DNA from: Moniliella sp. 'wahieum'
Lineage: Eukaryota
Reading direction: 5' to 3'
Assembly (NCBI GenBank): GCA_003971905.1
Contig: RSEE01000029.1
Coordinates: 434,001-498,000 of the forward strand
DNA length: 64,000 nucleotides
The notes beneath the pieces were generated by a model. The model did no database searches and had not been told where the DNA came from. It saw only the letters and a list, made by a program, of their open reading frames with translations. Below are positions 1 through 12,739 of this stretch, piece after piece. Each line of letters begins with the position of its first letter. Position 1 is the first letter of the stretch. A program made the position numbers and the translations under genes.

Positions 1-693
1 GGGTGAGGGGCGTGGGAGGGTGGATGGGGGCAGTGGCGCCAAGCGGAGGCGGGGCGGGGCAGCAGCAGCAGCAGACACCAGGCACGACGCCAGCGGGAGC
101 GTTGCGCCGATTGACGACGGAAGCTTGAAGCGCTGAAGCGGAAGCGCTGAGCCAGCCACTTGCCACACCAAAGCCACCCCAGGTGGCGGCGGCCCGCAGA
201 CGGGCACTGTCGGGTGGGCTGCAGGGTCTGTGTGGGATGGTGATCGAGTGGGTGATGCCGCCGAGCGGGATGCAGATGCAGATGCAGGGGGCAGGACGCA
301 GGGTGTGGCCACCCACCCAGCACGCCCCCTGGCAGCGCGCCCACTGGCCGGGTGCGGGCCGAGCGGCAGGGCCTGGCGTGGGCTTTGCCTCGCAAGCCCC
401 GCTCGGGAGCATACATGCGGAGCACTGGCCATCCGAGCGCCTCAGCAGCCCAGACGCCAGCGGCCAACCATCGCAGCGCCTGAGAAAAAAACAGGCCAAG
501 CCAAGCCAGCACCCTGCTCGGCCACGCCCCCATCCTCTTCCACCCGCACCCCACCACCTCTTCCGTCCCGCTCCTGCGGCCCCCCGATGCGCTTCGCGCG
601 TCCGCTCCTCTCCCACTCCCACTCCCACTCATACTCCCACTCATACGCACCGCTGCCTGCCCGCCCACCTGCTAGCCCCCACACCCACACACC

Positions 694-3181
694 ATGGCCG
701 ACACTGCCCCGCCCCCCCTCTCTTCCCACCCCACCCTCTCCGGCTGGCCCACATCCGTCCCCCCCCTCGACTCGTGCGACCTCCTCGCCCCCTGCGCTTC
801 CCCCTCCCACGCCCTGCCGCCCTCCATGCACGACACCGCTCCACTCGCCCCTCGGCCCCAGTGGCCCCACCCGACCAAACATTCGCACTGCCCATCTTGC
901 CTCCCCACGACACCAACGTATGTTCCCTCCTCCCTCCCATCTCTTTCTTGCCCTTGCTGACGTCTGCCCCCGCTGCTATTTTCCTCCAGACTCCCGCTCC
1001 CCACTGGCCTTGGCAGAGTAGCGACGGTCTTGCCACCCCCGCCGATGGCCTGCCTCTGGCTCATGTTGCGTACGAGCCCGACGCGGACTATTTCCACCCC
1101 ACCCCGCCCGAGTACAGTACCCCCCAGCCTTGCTCCCCCCTCCCTCCGCTCCGCCCGCTCCGTCCCGCTCGCCCAGACCCCGCGCCTCGGCTCCTGTCTC
1201 GATGCCGCCCCCGCGCTCCATCCCACAAGTAGGGAAACATTCCCCCCCTGCCCTGCGTTCCCGCTTCCTCCAGCCATCGCCTCCGCAGGCGGCTGGAGCG
1301 GTATACCGCCTGCCGGTGCGGCCTTCGCCCCCCTCGAGCCGACCTTTCCCAGGCCGGTTATCCGAGTCTCCCCCATGCCCGCTTGCGCACTTACGACGAT
1401 CCAGCCAGGCTCCTGTGCATGCTAGGCACCACGACTTTACGCACCCCCTCGACCCGCCTCCGCCTCGATCGCCCGCTTCGCCGTGGGAGAAGGTGGTGCC
1501 GGCTCATCCGCCTCCTCCGTCCGGGTCAGATTCATCGATGCTGCACCCCTCGCTCAGCTCACCTACGTTGGCCACGTCGAGAGATGAGGTTGTATACGAT
1601 CTGGCAGTAAAACGGAGCCAGGCAGCGCTTGCTGCGCCCCCTGGTCCCTCCCTTGCTCCGACCGCCCGCGCAACCGGAGCTACAGTGTATTTACAGGTGA
1701 CGCTACCAACCTCCTTTGGCCCTGGCGCTGGCGCTGGCGGCGGCGGCGGTGCGATGCCGCCGAATCCGAATGATGTGCTTGCGGCCCGGCTGGGACAGTT
1801 GTGCATTTCGCCCTCCAGCCAGGAGGAGGTGCGACGGTCGTTTGCGCGGCGCCAGACCACGGCCAGTACAGCTGCTCCGCCACAGAGTCTCGAAGCGTTA
1901 CGTACGAGCCACGAGTGTGGCTGCTGTGCTCCGCACGGCCCCTGCTGCGGCGGCAGCGTCGCAGGCGCACCCGACTCGGTTAGCATGGGCACTTGGCCGC
2001 ACCTCACTCATCCGGCTTCTGCGCCTCTGCCCCTCTGGCCCCGGAACCAGCGTCGCCCCTGGACCATGCCCTGTCTTCCTCCACACGCGACACGGCGTAC
2101 GACCAAGTCAGTCAACTCACTCCTCCGTTACTTCCTGACCTTGTGACTCGGCGACATGAGATGGGGTTGCCCCGGACCGAGGACAGTGCACCAGCTTCCA
2201 CTTCGCCTACCTCCACCTTCCCCCATGCGCACCCTGATCCGATCGTGCCAGATCATGGAGCCGGCGCAGCGCAGGCCGGAGCAGGCCTTGGAGCCGGGAC
2301 AAACACTGCACCCGCTCCCGTACCCGTACACACCCGCACCTGCACCCACAACAGCACCAGCAACAGCAACCGGACACCCGGCGGCCCAGGACAGGCGAAT
2401 GGAGCGCGCAAGACCGAGCTGTACAAGACCGAGCTGTGTCGGAAATGGTCGGAGCGTGGCAGTTGTCGCTACGGCGCCAAGTGTCAATTTGCTCATGGCG
2501 CACAGGAACTGCGCCCCGTGGAACGTCACCATCTGTACAAGACACAGGGTGTCGCACGTTTGCCAGTACGGGCGTCTGCCCGTACGGGTACAGATGCTGC
2601 TTTATTCATCCGGACCCTTTGGCAGGTGTAGGTGCGCCTGGTGCGGTAGGTGCTAGTGCGACGGCTGCTGGGGCCCCGCGCGCCTCCCCGGCTCTTACCT
2701 CCGATACTGTTACCACCCTGACCCGCCCCGCCCCACCGACACACACAGCTCCCACCCCCGCCTCCGCAGCGGAAGCAAGTCGGCGCGCACCCATCGTCGT
2801 GCTAGTCGTACCTCATGTTCAGGCTCAGGCTCAGGCTCCGGATCGGGACCGGGATCGGTTGCTGCTGCCCCTACTGCCAGCGGAGCAGGTGGAGCAGGTG
2901 GATCAGGATCAGGCGGAACGAGCAGTGTGCATGTCGCCATCACACGTATGCACGAAGCATTGCACCAAGCCCGCACGCATCCCGGTAGCGCCTCTTTGTC
3001 CTGTACCGAACCTGAGAGCTCTAGTTCCAGTTCGCCCGTACCCGTGTCCGTGCCCGTGCACACACACACGCCCATGTCCATGTCCAAACCTTCTCCCCCA
3101 CTCGGTTGCCCCACCGCCGGTCTCACACCACTGACTCCCCCGCCCGCTCGCATCCGCATCCGCGCCCGCATCCCCATCTGA
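694..3181 (+). CDS. Tandem CCCH zinc-finger RNA-binding protein (TIS11/Cth2/Zfs1 family), multi-exon, frameshifted
   Basis: [27 protein letters not shown] (~2420-2500) is followed by [25 protein letters not shown] across a frameshift at ~2548. A GTATGT..CTGAC..CAG intron starts at ~918. Start and end are approximate. Confidence 0.85.
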
Positions 3182-4273
3182 CTAAGCCCGCCTGCGCCAC
3201 CTTGCCTCCCGTCCCGCTTGCCTCGGACCCCCGGGAGAGCAAGTAAGCTAAGGCGTAAGCGCGTGCCGCGGGGCTTGGCTTGCAGTTGTGTGACTTGGCT
3301 TGGGCTCGAACGTGGGCTTGGTGTGGGCTTGGTGTGGGTTAGGTTGGGCTTGGCTTGCTCGAAGCCTGCCGAATGCAATCCAAGTGCGTCAGTATGCTTT
3401 TCTCTTCGCTCTATTTACTTTTGTTGGTCCTCCGCTGCCAGCCAGCGAGACGCCCACGACCACGACGAGAACACACCCCCATCTAAACGCGAAACGCGAA
3501 ATGCTGAACGCTAAGCGCTGCAAGCCCAACTGCACCCTCCCTTCGAGGCCTTGGTCTCGACTTGGTCTCGTCCCGCATCCTTTCTATTCGTGTTAAGCGC
3601 ACCACCCTCAAGCGTTGGTCCGTTCAACATATGTCATTGCCTTGGGCTTGGGTCCGCCAGCCTCGGATCGGATCCTGACCCTCAGGCCTGAGCCTCAGCA
3701 CGCTGCAAGTCCCTCCAGCGTTTCCAGTTTCTCTACTGCTTCCAGCTCCGCAAGCTTCACCGGATCAACGTTCTCAATCCTCATTCTATCGTCACTCTAT
3801 CCACCCACCGTTCTGTTCCGACTCGATTTGATTTGATTCGATTCGATTCGATTCGACTCGACTACCCTTTTTTGCGGTTTGCGCAGCCGCGCTATATGCT
3901 ACGATTCGTACTCTCTATATCTATCCGAACCCTTTTTTTGCTCTGCCTGCACGTTTTGCTTTGCTTTGCTTTGCTTTGCTTGGGACCCCATCTATCTCCT
4001 ACCGCCGCCTTTTTCTCTTTTCTCTTTTCTCTTTCTTCTCGTGTCTCTTTTCTGTTTTCTCTTTTCTCTTTCTCCTTGTCCAGTGCTCAATGCCCAGTGC
4101 CCAGTGCCCAGTGCCCTCTCCCCCGTTTCTTCTCTCCCGGTGAGAAAAAGATCACTGTACTCCCCTCCCCCCCACGCCCCCTCACCCTTCTCATTCGTCT
4201 TTTCTCCCTCTTTTCCATTTCCCATTTCGTGCTTGTGCTTTGCTTGTGCTTGTTCTCCTTCTCCGTTGTTTGT

Positions 4274-4347
4274 TGCTTTTTGCTTTTTGCTTTTTGCTTT
4301 TTGCTTTTTGCTTTTTGCTTTTTGCTTTTTGCTTTTTGCTTTTTTGC
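4274..4347. repeat. (TTTTTGC)n 7-bp microsatellite in a long pyrimidine-rich region downstream of the CCCH gene
   Basis: About 10 tandem copies are directly visible, and they generate spurious ORFs on both strands. Confidence 0.9.
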
Positions 4348-7300
4348 ACCTTGCTCCTTGCTCTTTGCTTTTTGGTCTTTGCTCCTTGGTCCATGCTTTT
4401 TGCACCTTGCTTTTTTGCGTTTTGCGTTTATTTGCGTCCGTGTTTTGGATTGGTTTGCGGGCTCGTGCAGCCAAGCTCTTTTTCGGACCCGCCGAACCGA
4501 GCGTCCAGCGGGGGGCTGCAGTGGCACCGCGGAGCAGGAAAATCCAAAAGCCAGAAAAGGCAAACACAAAAGCAAGCCAAAGCAAAAGTGCAAGACGACA
4601 ACTCAAACGCTCTACCTACCTACCTACTGTTCCCGTTCTCGTTGTTTTTGTTTTGCCCCCCCCCTCCCCCCTACCTGCTCTACCGCTCTCCGATCTGTAC
4701 CACAGCGTGCCATCTCTCTCGATCCTCCCCTTCCTCCCCTCTGCCTCTCCCCGCACATTATCCTGCTCGTCGCACCGAATAATTTTGATTTATCTCTCTC
4801 AGAAAACCCCTACTGAGCTATGCGCTCCCAGAACAGGATCGATGCGGATAGGATAGGATTGGGTAGGATAGGACAGGGAGAGGTTACTAGGATGATTCAG
4901 TGGTTATAGGATTTTGGAATGTAGCCGGTGGAAGGCATGAATTGGTTGGTGGAGTTAGGTGGGTAATGGTGAGGTCACAATCTAGCCACTGTACTGTACT
5001 GTACTGTACTGTACACGCTGCACAGTGACACAGAACACACGCAGATACGCGCTCAGCTGCTCACGCTAGGAAAGTTGGTGAGAAACGTTAAGTCCGAAGC
5101 ACCAGAGAAAGAGGAGCTTGGTGCGCCGCGCGGGACCGGTGATCCGTGACCAACGCGCCGCAGTCGGATGGCCGAGGGAAAACGTGATGATCACGAGCAC
5201 GCGGGGGGACCGTCGGGGAACGGGGAACGGGGAACGGACGAACCGGGCACGGGGCACGGTGCACGAGGGACCGAGGGCAAGCCTGTCGGTCGTGGAGAGA
5301 ATGAAGGGATAGACGCGAACCCAGCATCCCAAAAAAAGAGGAAGAGCTAGCGCGTAGCCCTCAGAAATTAATTGTTAGTAGTGCCACCGTCGCACAGGGT
5401 CTAGCTAGGTCAAGTTGTCTTCTCCACGTAACAATTCCCCCTCGAAAACGTTCTTAGACAAGAGCAAGGAGGAGGGAGGGAGTTCGACCAGGACGGCCGA
5501 GGCACCAAGGCGAACACATGCGAGAGAGATGAGCGTCCCGCCACGGCAGCAGCAGCCACATAAAAGAAGAAGCCCGAACAAAACAATGAATACTTCGGGT
5601 AGAGGGAGGTATCCGGAAGGTGTGGAAGCAGCGTATGGCCCATGTCGAGGCAGGGCTGAGATAAATGCAAATGCGAGCGATCATCTGATCGATCCATAGG
5701 CGCGTTCGGCACTTAATACGGTCCTCTCTTCCAGCACGCCATGCCTAGCGGGTGCCCTCAGAGACATAACCCGAGTCGAAAGGTAGAGAGATGGTTTGAT
5801 GCTTGGGCGTGGCACTCGCAGAGCTAAAGCAGCCCTGCTGTAGGGCATTCGCACTGCACACCATGGTCGCCTCTTGGGCTGAGAGCTATGGGTCTCAAAC
5901 CGGGTTGCCCAGTGCTCCTTCTCGCGAGACGCAAAAGGTCCTGGGCCAGGACAATAAGAGACGAACCGTAGGAGCAACGGGATGTTCGGGATGTAGGGAG
6001 GCTAAACGTGCGGTTGAGAGGGAAGGGCGATGGAGCGATGAGAGACAGAGGAAGCGGGATGTAGTGATGTGAGGGTTGGTGCCCGTCCGGGGAGAGGCAC
6101 CACTCCACTCGATAAAAATCTGTTGCGCCATGATCAACTGGCCGCAATTCATTAATCAGATCAATCAGACCGCTTCCCCTCGGGGTACTCATCGATACTC
6201 TATACTCCGTTCACTCCGTGCTCACAATCAGCTCCTTAGCTCTTTCGGTCAGTAGGGGCCATATGATTGCGGCCACTGGTCACGCGCACGGCGCAACAAG
6301 GTGGCTGCCGAGAAACGTGAAGAGTGAAGCTCTTGAAGCTCGCCGGTGAAGCCTGAGTATGGCCTGAAGGGCCTGAGGGCTAGCAGGCTGTGGCGCCTGG
6401 GCTCAGCGCTCAGTGGAGCAGAGCCCTCGCTGAGGCCCAGCCCACTGGTACTGATGATGTACTGATGCCTAAGCTCCAAGGGCCTAAGGCCTAAGGGTAG
6501 TTGGATTGTGCCACTGTCTTGTCGTCAACAGGAGCGTATTGTCTGCGGGCGTTGAACGTACGCGGTACGTTGAACGTTGAGAGAACTGAGGAGTTCAACG
6601 TACCTCCGACCAACGTACCTCCTCACTCCAACGTTCATCGTTCAACGTGCAGCGAACGCGTAGGTTCAACATGCCAAAAGCATTCGCTTGTGCAGGGTCA
6701 CAGGTCGGTGTGGGGTGGGTCTCTGTGACCGGGTTGACCAGAGCCAAGCTAGTGGGGCCATGCCAAGTTGCTGCGGTGTGTACGGTTGGAGAAACTATGA
6801 GGGTGGCCCTCGGTACCGCGGGTATATAAAAACCCCACACCTGTCAAATTGCTTATCGGTCAACGTACAGCCAAAAGGTCCTTGGTGACGTGTGACGCGT
6901 GACGCGTGACGCGACGTCAAAACATCTGTCAAGAACAAAAGTTTTCGGCAGGCACCGGGACCATGCAACTGCCTGTCCATCGACCATCCAAAGTCATCTA
7001 GTCATTGATAACGATGCATCATATATCATACATCATGCATTGTGTCACCTGTCACCCTCACATGTATTAACATGCCATACCATAGTATGCTATTGATAAT
7101 CTCTCGCCTGGAATGAGATCTGTGGTGTATATCCGATCGGATCTTGTACGGTGCGACTGTGTTATAGACCAGAGAGCAGGCAGTTGGTAGTGTATTGCAT
7201 TGCACATGAGCTGCAGAGTCTAGAGAATCCTACCCGCCAGGAAGGACTATATATTGCACGGAACAAACCAAAAGGTTCTGGACTTGGGCTGCTGGCGCCA

Positions 7301-9309
7301 CTACACCAGTGAGGCGTCACATGTCTCAGACTGATGAGATCGACAGATAGGGAGCGGAGTTGGGCGGACTTTGGGGCTCAAAAAAAGGGTACGCAACTGA
7401 TTGCCACACACGTCCAACTTCGATGACGTAGAACGTATTTTGAACGTTAGTGAATGAGAATAAAGCTATAGCTAATCAAGTGCAACGCTGATGCAGGTCA
7501 TGGCGCTGATGCGTACAACGCCCCTGCATAATATAACCGTAGGACATGTATACGTTGAGTATAATCTACGTGTGTGGCCACCGGTCGTTTCCACAGATGA
7601 AGGAGATATAGGGTAGATTCGGTAACGGTCGGAGATAAGCGAAGAGGAGGCAAGCGAAGAAGAGCATGTGCGAGGAAGAGGAATGATATAATGATGCGAG
7701 GAAGAGGCGTGCGAGGAAAAAAAGCAATAAAAGCGGGGAAAGAGGAAACAAAAACAATTGAAGCGGGAGAGGGGAGGAAAAACAAACGAGGAAGATGGCC
7801 GACACTGGGTGTTGGTGGACCCGAGAGAAGTACAATCTCCCTCTTTCTTGTCAATATAGGTACAACAGTCATCCAGTCATAGAGATGTGCGTCGTATCCA
7901 TTCCGATAAATCCCGATTGGCCAAGATGTGTTACATGTTACATGTGAGCCACACAGCGCGTCGTCGCTCTAAAAAAAGCGCCAAGCTTCTCACGTTCAAA
8001 AAGTATGAAGCTTCAAGCTTCAAGCTTCGCAGTCCAGAGCTAGCAATCGATAGCCCTCTAACTCTTTCTTAGCATCCTCTTTGCTGGCGTCGCTTAAAAA
8101 TATCATTTTTTTGCTGTTGTCATGGAACCCGCCGCCGTACCCCGCCTACGCCCCGCAGCACCCGGCGGGGTATAGGGGGTTGGCAAGGCGGATCCTATTA
8201 TAGCGCACCACCGCGGGCTAAGCACTGACTCGACAACGCGCCTACAAAGTTCACCTGCACGGTCGTCGCCCATAGTGGTGGAGCCAGCACGACAACTCCG
8301 TAGGGTTCATCGATCATCAAGGCATGTTGATGAAGCTTGAAGCTTGGAGCGCAATTGCCCTCTGCTTCGGTTGGAGCAAAGCTGCGTAGCCCTTTTCGTC
8401 TGCGGCTCTGCTGGCTGACCGCTGCAGTGGGGTTACCGGTTATATAAAGAGTGAGATGAGTACTGAGGAGTGGCCTGAGGTCTCTCCAGGAAGGAGACCA
8501 GAGGGATTGAGGCCCTCAGCCTGAGATGCCTAATGCATAATGGGACCGCCGCAGGCCGACGATTCCTGCAAGTATACGCCGTGATCGTCGCCTGCTCTGC
8601 GCAAGTCAGTTGTGCTCCGCAGTTGTAAGCATGGCCTTCAGGCTGATAGATATCCGACCCTGATACTCCGCTTCGCCGCAAGCGCACCTACTGCGGCGCT
8701 CTCGATGCCTGTCTTCAGTAAGCATTGCCCTCCAAAGAGAAAAGCCAGCCAACAGGCGCTTGTGAATATCCGGCGGCCGAAAAGGCAGGCAATTCGCAGC
8801 AACGCCCCGTTATTACCATGTAATGCTACTGGAAACGAAGTTCACTGCGGAAGACCAAGTTCAGTAGCAGCATCCTCCACAGTCTTGCCACAAAACGCTC
8901 GCTGATCTGCCATGTCTTATAGCGCCGATTGCGACAGAGCAACTCCCATTATATACAGGGTCTGTCCCGAGCTTATTTGACTGATCCACCCCCGTTTCCC
9001 GCTCGCTTTTCGCACACCGCACACCGTGGGTGGTGGGCATTACAGCAAATAGGGCCAACGCTCGCTACTATATCGCATCTCGCTCTTCTCCACGCCCGTC
9101 CGTCCGTTTCGGTCACTACTCCTCCCCTCCAACTCCGTACACTGTGGCCATCCTCCCTCTGCTCGGCTCAAGTGCAGTCCAGCCATTTCATTTCAGCCCA
9201 GCCTCGGAAGCCTCTTTTTCCCACCCCCAAATCGGATCTCGCCTAGAAGCCCCGGGACACCGTATACACCACCAGCTTTGTCGCCACCCACGAGCCAACC
9301 TCCGTCATC

Positions 9310-11464
9310 ATGCTTGTTAATCCCGGGTCCATGGCGTCGTTGATCTCCCAACCCTTGTTATCTCCACCTGCTGCAGCAGCCTGTGAGGCTGGTGGCCGTA
9401 TTGCTATAAGCTCACCACACCCGTCGGCGCCAACGTGGGCACCTGCTTCCACTCTAAAATCGCCTCGCCACCGATCGTGGTCTGACCGACATTCTGGCTC
9501 GTTCTACCTCTCCTCCTTACACTTCTACCCCTCGCCAACACACCAAGCTCTCGCACCAGGTCTATTCTCCGGCCCCACCTCTTGATGACCAAGCTTCTTT
9601 CAGCACCCTGCTAGTGCACTCTGAACAAGACTTGATCGCGGCATGGGCCATTCTCCCCACGGAATCCAGTCCTCCCTTCACAACCTCTTCATTCGCCTGT
9701 CCCTTCAACAGCTCACTGGTTGCCATGCCCCCCTTTGCCTCCTCGCATGAGGACGGTACAGCTATGGGCAAATTGACCATCCCTGCACACGCGCTACCGC
9801 ACCCGCTACCACGGCGCTTCCAGCTACTACCGATGACACCACAAATGCCCCGTCTCCACTTTTACCATTTAGCACTCTCCCGCCCCCCTCGTCCTCGTCT
9901 GAACCTACTTTCAGCCCGGCCCGCGTCCTTATGAATGTAGCTTACACCGACCTCCACGCAAGGCCATCTTTGGCCAGGGACATGGCCATGGCCTCTCTTC
10001 CTGATTCTCACCTGACGGGATTTGATGAGCTCCTCCAATCGTCCGTCTCTTTGATGGGAGCTATAGAGACAAGAGAAATGGTGCGCTGAGCAATACGCGT
10101 TCCTCCTCTCTAGGCTCATCTACTCCTCGCCCTTTTTCCCACCATTCTAGGTTTAACCCCAGCTTGCCTACTCGCCTTGACTCGCATCCTTCGCCGACCG
10201 CCAACTCTGCCTCCATTCCGTGGCCACCGTTGAACGAAGAAGAAGACCAAAGACATGATACGGATGCCTCATCTCCAGCATCCGTTGGCTCCACAGGTTC
10301 TGAGTTTCTGGCCACGGGCTCGGGCTCGGCATCTGATCCAGCACCAAGGTCAGCGTCTGGATCCACCTCCGTGGCAGGTCCAGCTTCTGTTTCGGCGTTG
10401 TTGGAAGTCGTTGACACCGAGGACAAAGAACCATCTGAGGCTCGTGTTCGGACAGGAACGAAGCGACAGGAAAAGTTTACCCGCAGCCGGACTGGATGTC
10501 TGGTTTGCCGCGAACGTAAAGTCAAGTGCCCCCAGGATGGTATGCCATGTACCAAATGTGTTCGTGGCAAGCGTATCTGTGCCTATGGACCGTACCCTCC
10601 TCCCGGACGACGGACCCAAAAACGGATCAAGCGAGAGCAGGCCAAAGCCAATGCAGCGGCTGCTAAGAAAGCCAAGGCGGCCAAGCGGGCCAAGAGGGGG
10701 CTACAAAGAAGGCAAAGGGAGCCGAGGGGTACAATGTGGACAAGAGGGCTAAAGGGCGCAAGGGGCGCACTGAGGGCAATGAAGACGAGAGGGGAAATGA
10801 CAACAAGGGGGACAAGGATGACGAAAAGGGGAGCATTGAGGACAAGGAGGGGAACGGTGACAAAGGAGATCAAACCAACGCGACTACTCCTGTTTTGTCA
10901 CAACACTCTTCTCCCCCGCTTTGGGAGGTAGGCGACGGATCCATTGCTAGATACGGCGCTTCCCTTTTGCCCCCCAACCCCCCTGGGTCGAATAGGTCTC
11001 TTACACCGGTGTCAGGCACCATTACAAACGGAATGCAACCGCCCAGTACACCTTTCCCCACTCCTCCCAGCAAAATGGGCGGCAGTTCTTTGCGACGTTT
11101 ATCCTTTCCTCGGCCCTTATCCGCCCGATCTCCCGAGATGGTGACCAGTGCGTTTGGCAATAGCTACTTTAATACTGCCCCTCCCCTTCCTTGTCTCATC
11201 CCCACCGAGGACGGCAGCGCACCGTCCATGTTCCGACGTCGGGGCGAGGGGTACGCCGGAGCGGGGTGTTATATGACGTCCAGCTTGGCCACGTCGCAGA
11301 CCAGACCCCGATCAGCAGGAGATCCTTCCCCGCAAGCCCAGAGAGGGAGGGGCAGTAGATTCCATTCTTGTACTTCTTTTGGATTGGGGGAACGAGACAG
11401 TATATGGACTGTCTCCTCCCCGACCTTGTGCCAGGGTGCGTTGAGGGGTAAGCACATGCTGTAG
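9310..11464 (+). CDS. Zn(II)2Cys6 fungal transcription factor, frameshifted
   Basis: RSRTGCLVCRERKVKCPQDGMPCTKCVRGKRICAY at ~10482-10586. The reading frame continues in ORF 10736..11464. The 5' exons and start are uncertain. Confidence 0.75.
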
Positions 11465-12400
11465 TTTTGATTGTTCTCTCCGTCCCCGTCTCGCAACACC
11501 CAACAAGCCTCTTTTTTCACTTGTGTTTGCATCATTGATACAACATTGCGATATGTGGGTTATAAAAGTGTAATACCACGTAGAGGAGACGGAGGAGGTG
11601 GCGAGAGAGGATCAAACAGAACAGAGAGTCTTATGTGGTGTTGTGGGCTTTGGTATACTTACTTGGTGACCTGTCGCTTGTCCGCCTGTTGTTCGTAATA
11701 CTGAGCCTGTGTGTGGCGCGTGGTTTCTGGAGCACACAACTTGCGGTATGGGATGAAGATCTTTCCACTCCCTATCCTTTCCGCCACTCTTCGTCCGTTC
11801 ATGGTACCAGACTGAGGGAGTACCACATAAACCCACACGCTAATGTGCAGAACGTCCAGAGGATTCCAGAGCAAACAAGACAAAAAAGGTGAGAGAAGAG
11901 AGCCAAGAACAGTTGACACAACATCCACAAAACCTGGCTCAAGTAGAGGGGGGGGGGGTATAGATAACCCCGAGCAACCTCTTCTCGTTTCTTCTTCCCA
12001 ACCTCTCTGCTCCTAGCCGTAAAACGCGTAGGTTCGCAACCCTAGAGCTTCGTAGGCACTCGTCTGTCTACTTTCAGGGTGCGTTGGACCGACAAGAAAG
12101 GAACTTAAGGAGAAAGAGGCCCTCATTACACAATAATCAAAAGAGAGGTTATTATGTTCTCGAGGTACATATACATAGTATAGGCGGAGGCGAAAGCTCT
12201 TCTCCTTTACTGTGCAGCAGTACCGTGGAGAGAGGCGGGAGGAAGAAAACAGGCTGGTCGAACACATGGTAGTCCAATCATAAATGGGGGTGTGCTCAGC
12301 CGTGCCTCAAAAAAGAAAGGGGAGACATGAGGAGGTAGGCCTCTGTTTACACAAGGACAGTAGAAAAAATGACCAGGTGTCGGGATTGGTGCAAAAAAAA

Positions 12401-12495
12401 TGCTTCAAAGGGGAATCGAACCCCTGTCACATCGACGTCTCACAGGCACAGGGCCAGTCTGGCAACGATGTAGTATACCACTAACCCATTGAAGC
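12401..12495 (-). tRNA. tRNA-Gly(GCC) with a 24-nt intron (12436-12459)
   Basis: The minus strand reads GCTTCAA TGGGTTAGTGGTATACT ACATCG TTGCCA [intron] TCGATG TGAC AGGGG TTCGATT CCCCT TTGAAGC A. Acceptor, anticodon and T stems pair, the mature length is 71 nt, and a T8 Pol III terminator follows immediately. Confidence 0.93.
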
Positions 12496-12739
12496 GTATA
12501 CACTGCTATGCGCGAACCATTTTTCCCGATACCGCGTCTGGCAGAATAACACCCAAACTCCACACGCTCGGCAAGATGGAAGGTACCCATGGTTCAGAGA
12601 AAAGGTGTGTGGTGGTGGTGGTGGTGGTGATGGATGGAAAAATATTCTTGCCTCTATGCTGGACCTGGATGCTGGTCGCATCTCTCAGGATCTCCTATCC
12701 CCGTTGGCGATGACATTGACCTCATCGCGAGCTGGGTCG

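Noticed and set aside
3833..4856. Long 325-327 aa hydrophobic ORFs
   Set aside because: They arise from stop-free pyrimidine microsatellites (TTTTTGC, TTCTC) and are open in several frames.
7863..8230. hAT/MITE-like termini (TAGAGATG at 7880; CAGTGCTTAG on the minus strand at ~8228; CAGTCATAGAGAT shared with 40314)
   Set aside because: No matching inverted partner or TSD could be found.
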